32,000 nt of DNA from Mycobacterium tuberculosis H37Rv (GTDB lineage: Bacteria > Actinomycetota > Actinomycetes > Mycobacteriales > Mycobacteriaceae): positions 2,670,001 to 2,702,000 of the forward strand of contig NC_000962.3 of NCBI RefSeq assembly GCF_000195955.2. The letters are read 5' to 3'. How positions within the stretch are numbered: the first letter of the stretch is position 1; every line of letters starts with the position of its first letter. A program made the position numbers and the translations under genes. A model generated the notes under the pieces. It had not been told where the DNA came from. It did not search any database and worked only from the letters and a program-made list of their open reading frames with translations. Below are positions 28,246 to 32,000 of the stretch, piece by piece.

Positions 28246-28528
28246 ACTATAGCGCCGGCAGGCAAAACCCCAGGTGTGTCGCGATTACGGTGACCGCCGA
28301 CGCCAAACCGCGACACGGCACACGGCTGCTAGGCCCACCTGAGCACGCACCCAACTACGCCGGGCGCCGGGCGTGAAGTGGACGCCGAGCAAGTCGACAG
28401 ATGATGATGTCGGCATGGTCCTGCACGCTCAACCCCCCGACCAATCGACCGAAACAGCCCGCGAGGCTAAAGCGTTGGCCGGGGCAACGGACGGGGCAAC
28501 GGCCACATCCGCGGATCTGCACGCACCC

Positions 28529-30457
28529 ATGGCTCTATCGTCCAGTTCGCCACTGCGCAACCCGTTTCCGCCGATCGCCGACTACGCGTTCTTGTCCGAT
28601 TGGGAAACGACGTGCCTGATTTCGCCGGCGGGTTCGGTGGAGTGGCTGTGTGTGCCACGGCCGGACTCCCCCAGTGTGTTCGGCGCGATCCTGGACCGCA
28701 GCGCCGGCCATTTTCGTCTGGGCCCCTACGGTGTTTCGGTGCCTTCGGCGCGACGCTACCTTCCGGGCAGCCTGATCATGGAGACCACCTGGCAGACCCA
28801 TACCGGCTGGCTGATCGTGCGAGACGCGCTGGTGATGGGTAAATGGCACGATATCGAACGGCGATCGCGGACCCACCGCCGCACCCCGATGGACTGGGAC
28901 GCCGAGCACATCCTGTTGCGCACGGTGCGCTGCGTCAGCGGCACCGTTGAACTGATGATGAGCTGCGAGCCGGCGTTCGACTATCACCGCTTGGGCGCCA
29001 CCTGGGAATACTCGGCCGAGGCTTACGGCGAGGCCATAGCCCGCGCCAACACGGAGCCCGACGCGCACCCGACGCTGCGGCTGACCACCAACCTGCGGAT
29101 CGGGCTGGAGGGCCGGGAAGCACGCGCACGCACCCGGATGAAGGAGGGTGACGACGTGTTCGTCGCGCTGAGCTGGACCAAACACCCGCCGCCGCAGACC
29201 TACGACGAGGCCGCCGACAAGATGTGGCAAACCACCGAGTGCTGGCGGCAGTGGATCAACATCGGCAACTTCCCCGACCACCCATGGCGGGCGTACCTGC
29301 AGCGCAGCGCGCTAACCCTGAAGGGGTTGACCTACTCCCCCACCGGGGCGCTGCTCGCGGCGAGCACCACGTCGCTGCCGGAAACCCCGCGAGGCGAACG
29401 CAACTGGGACTACCGCTATGCCTGGATTCGCGACTCGACCTTCGCGCTGTGGGGGCTCTACACCCTGGGATTGGACCGGGAAGCCGACGACTTCTTTGCG
29501 TTCATCGCCGACGTGTCCGGCGCCAACAACAACGAACGCCATCCGCTGCAGGTGATGTACGGGGTGGGCGGTGAACGCAGCCTGGTCGAAGCGGAGCTGC
29601 ACCATTTGTCCGGCTACGATCATGCCCGCCCGGTGCGCATCGGCAACGGCGCCTACAACCAGCGCCAACACGACATCTGGGGTTCGATCCTGGACTCGTT
29701 TTACCTGCACGCAAAGTCCCGCGAGCAAGTCCCGGAGAACCTATGGCCGGTGCTGAAGCGGCAGGTGGAAGAGGCCATCAAGCATTGGCGTGAGCCCGAC
29801 CGGGGAATCTGGGAGGTGCGCGGCGAGCCGCAACACTTCACGTCGTCGAAGGTGATGTGCTGGGTCGCCTTGGACCGGGGGGCCAAACTGGCCGAGCGTC
29901 AGGGCGAGAAAAGCTACGCCCAGCAGTGGCGGGCCATCGCCGACGAGATCAAGGCCGACATTCTGGAACACGGGGTGGACTCGCGCGGCGTGTTCACCCA
30001 GCGCTACGGCGATGAGGCGTTGGACGCCTCACTGCTGCTGGTGGTGCTGACCCGATTCCTGCCGCCGGACGACCCGCGGGTGCGCAACACCGTGCTGGCC
30101 ATCGCCGACGAGCTGACCGAGGACGGCCTGGTGTTGAGGTACCGGGTGCATGAGACCGACGACGGGCTTTCCGGCGAGGAAGGCACGTTCACCATCTGCT
30201 CGTTTTGGCTGGTATCGGCGCTGGTCGAGATCGGTGAGGTGGGCCGCGCCAAGCGGCTGTGCGAGCGGCTGTTGTCCTTCGCCAGCCCGCTGCTGCTCTA
30301 CGCGGAGGAGATTGAGCCGCGGAGCGGGCGTCACCTGGGCAACTTCCCGCAGGCGTTCACCCACCTGGCACTGATCAACGCCGTGGTCCACGTGATTCGC
30401 GCCGAGGAGGAAGCCGACAGCTCGGGGATGTTTCAGCCCGCCAACGCCCCCATGTAG
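28529..30457 (+). CDS. Glycoside hydrolase family 15 protein (trehalase / glucoamylase-like)
   Basis: This lies within ORF 28373..30457. It has GH15 N-terminal beta-sandwich plus (alpha/alpha)6 features (IADYAFLSDWETTCLISPAGSVEWLCVPR, NWDYRYAWIRDSTF, GIWEVRG, FTICSFWLV, GNFPQAFTHLALINA). The start is ambiguous among 28373, 28415 and 28529. Confidence 0.88.
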   Translation: MALSSSSPLRNPFPPIADYAFLSDWETTCLISPAGSVEWLCVPRPDSPSVFGAILDRSAGHFRLGPYGVSVPSARRYLPGSLIMETTWQTHTGWLIVRDALVMGKWHDIERRSRTHRRTPMDWDAEHILLRTVRCVSGTVELMMSCEPAFDYHRLGATWEYSAEAYGEAIARANTEPDAHPTLRLTTNLRIGLEGREARARTRMKEGDDVFVALSWTKHPPPQTYDEAADKMWQTTECWRQWINIGNFPDHPWRAYLQRSALTLKGLTYSPTGALLAASTTSLPETPRGERNWDYRYAWIRDSTFALWGLYTLGLDREADDFFAFIADVSGANNNERHPLQVMYGVGGERSLVEAELHHLSGYDHARPVRIGNGAYNQRQHDIWGSILDSFYLHAKSREQVPENLWPVLKRQVEEAIKHWREPDRGIWEVRGEPQHFTSSKVMCWVALDRGAKLAERQGEKSYAQQWRAIADEIKADILEHGVDSRGVFTQRYGDEALDASLLLVVLTRFLPPDDPRVRNTVLAIADELTEDGLVLRYRVHETDDGLSGEEGTFTICSFWLVSALVEIGEVGRAKRLCERLLSFASPLLLYAEEIEPRSGRHLGNFPQAFTHLALINAVVHVIRAEEEADSSGMFQPANAPM

Positions 30458-30466
30458 GACTTCCGA

Positions 30467-30530
30467 TGCCGAGCAGACGCAAAATCGCCCAAATTCGGGC
30501 CGAAATGGGCGATTTTGCGTCTGCTCGGCA
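30467..30530. terminator. Long perfect hairpin (25-bp stem, 14-nt loop) between convergent genes; probable bidirectional I-shaped terminator
   Basis: TGCCGAGCAGACGCAAAATCGCCCA (30467..30491) is the exact reverse complement of 30506..30530. It lies in the 77-nt gap between the GH15 gene stop (30457) and the lppR stop (30535). There is no flanking U-tract on either strand. Confidence 0.65.
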
Positions 30531-30534
30531 AGCG

Positions 30535-31286
30535 TCAACTCAATTCGCTGATCCTGTCCATCATCGCGTGTGCGATATCGACGGCGCTGGTGCTGATGTC
30601 GGCCGACCCCTGATCCGACGGGTGGGTGATGCCAAAGAAGGTGACCGCGACCTCGACCACGCAATTGCCCCGTACGCCGACGGCACGGGCCTGAGGGACG
30701 GACGCCAGTATGGAGTGCGTGCCGCGTCGCAGCGAGACCGTTGCCGCGACAACTGAATCCGCAACCCGGACGTCGGTGATGGAGCGTTGACCGAACGCGC
30801 TGGCGGGCACCGTCAGCGTTGTGCCATCACATTCCTTCCACTGCGCAGAAAACCTCGCGAACAGATCATCGGCGGCTGCCGCGGAAGGCAGGGCGACGAC
30901 ACCCTCATCGACGTCATCCACCTTCACCGAGGAACCGTCGTGTCGCCACGACACCCGGGCGACGCTTTTGACCTCGACGGACCGGTAAACGTTCCGCTGC
31001 GTCAGGTAACCGACGCCCACGCAGTCAGCGGGCCGAGCCGATACATCACTGTCTCCCAAACTGTCGCTGCCCCCGAACACCGGCGGGAAAGGTGGAAGGG
31101 CCTGAAACGGCTGGTTGAGGAGCGTTGACAGCGCAGCGCCGTCGAGCGGTACCCGCTGGATCAGTGAACCCATCAGCGGACGCGGCACTGCGTTCGGCGC
31201 CAGACCTGCTTTCCCGGTCGTCGTTGTGGTGCACCCGGCAGCGAGGAACACGGCAAACAGCGGAACCACCCAGCGCCAGCGGTTTG

Positions 31287-31290
<4 letters not shown>
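30535..31290 (-). CDS. lppR: Lipoprotein LppR (PknH_C-like sensor-domain family, tentative)
   Basis: The GTG at 31290 ([24 protein letters not shown]..., lipobox LAAGC) overlaps the lepA stop (GTGA). It is 251 aa. The ectodomain has paired cysteines. The 434-aa ORF in the track is an artefactual upstream extension into lepA. Confidence 0.9.

Positions 31291-32000
<710 letters not shown>

Overview
High-GC (about 65%) actinobacterial chromosome. From the translations and gene order I recognise it as the Mycobacterium tuberculosis complex region equivalent to H37Rv Rv2381c-Rv2404c. It falls into four blocks. (1) 1-10.0 kb holds the 5' half of the IdeR-controlled mycobactin cluster: mbtD fragment, mbtC and mbtB on the minus strand, divergent mbtA-mbtJ on plus, and convergent mbtI on minus. 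Iron boxes are visible in the mbtB/mbtA and mbtI promoter regions. (2) 10-14.3 kb holds an SbtA-family permease preceded by a plausible unannotated 69-codon ORF, then hemN/hemW, then an Mce-associated-membrane-protein-like gene translationally coupled to rpfD. (3) 14.7-27.7 kb is a sulfur-acquisition supercluster: sirA-cysH-che1, ggtB and an OPT transporter on plus, and subI-cysT-cysW-cysA1 on minus. It is interrupted at 22.1-23.9 kb by the accessory apr locus (PhoP-type direct repeat, Mcr7 RNA region, small ORFs aprA/aprB, PE_PGRS41). A MIRU-type 54/77-bp tandem repeat sits exactly at the cysH/che1 junction. (4) 27.7-32 kb holds the doubtful ORF Rv2401, which lies opposite a small membrane-protein gene and a possible 25-codon TM peptide. 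It also holds a GH15 trehalase/glucoamylase-family gene, a 25-bp perfect hairpin between convergent genes, lppR, and the 3' part of lepA. I saw no rRNA, tRNA, CRISPR array, IS element or prophage gene. Nothing here looks like a wholly new multi-gene system. The most interesting material is the apr/Mcr7 insertion, the MIRU inside an annotated coding start, and several small-ORF and start-site annotation questions. All calls come from reading the sequence and from memory of the families; no searches were run.
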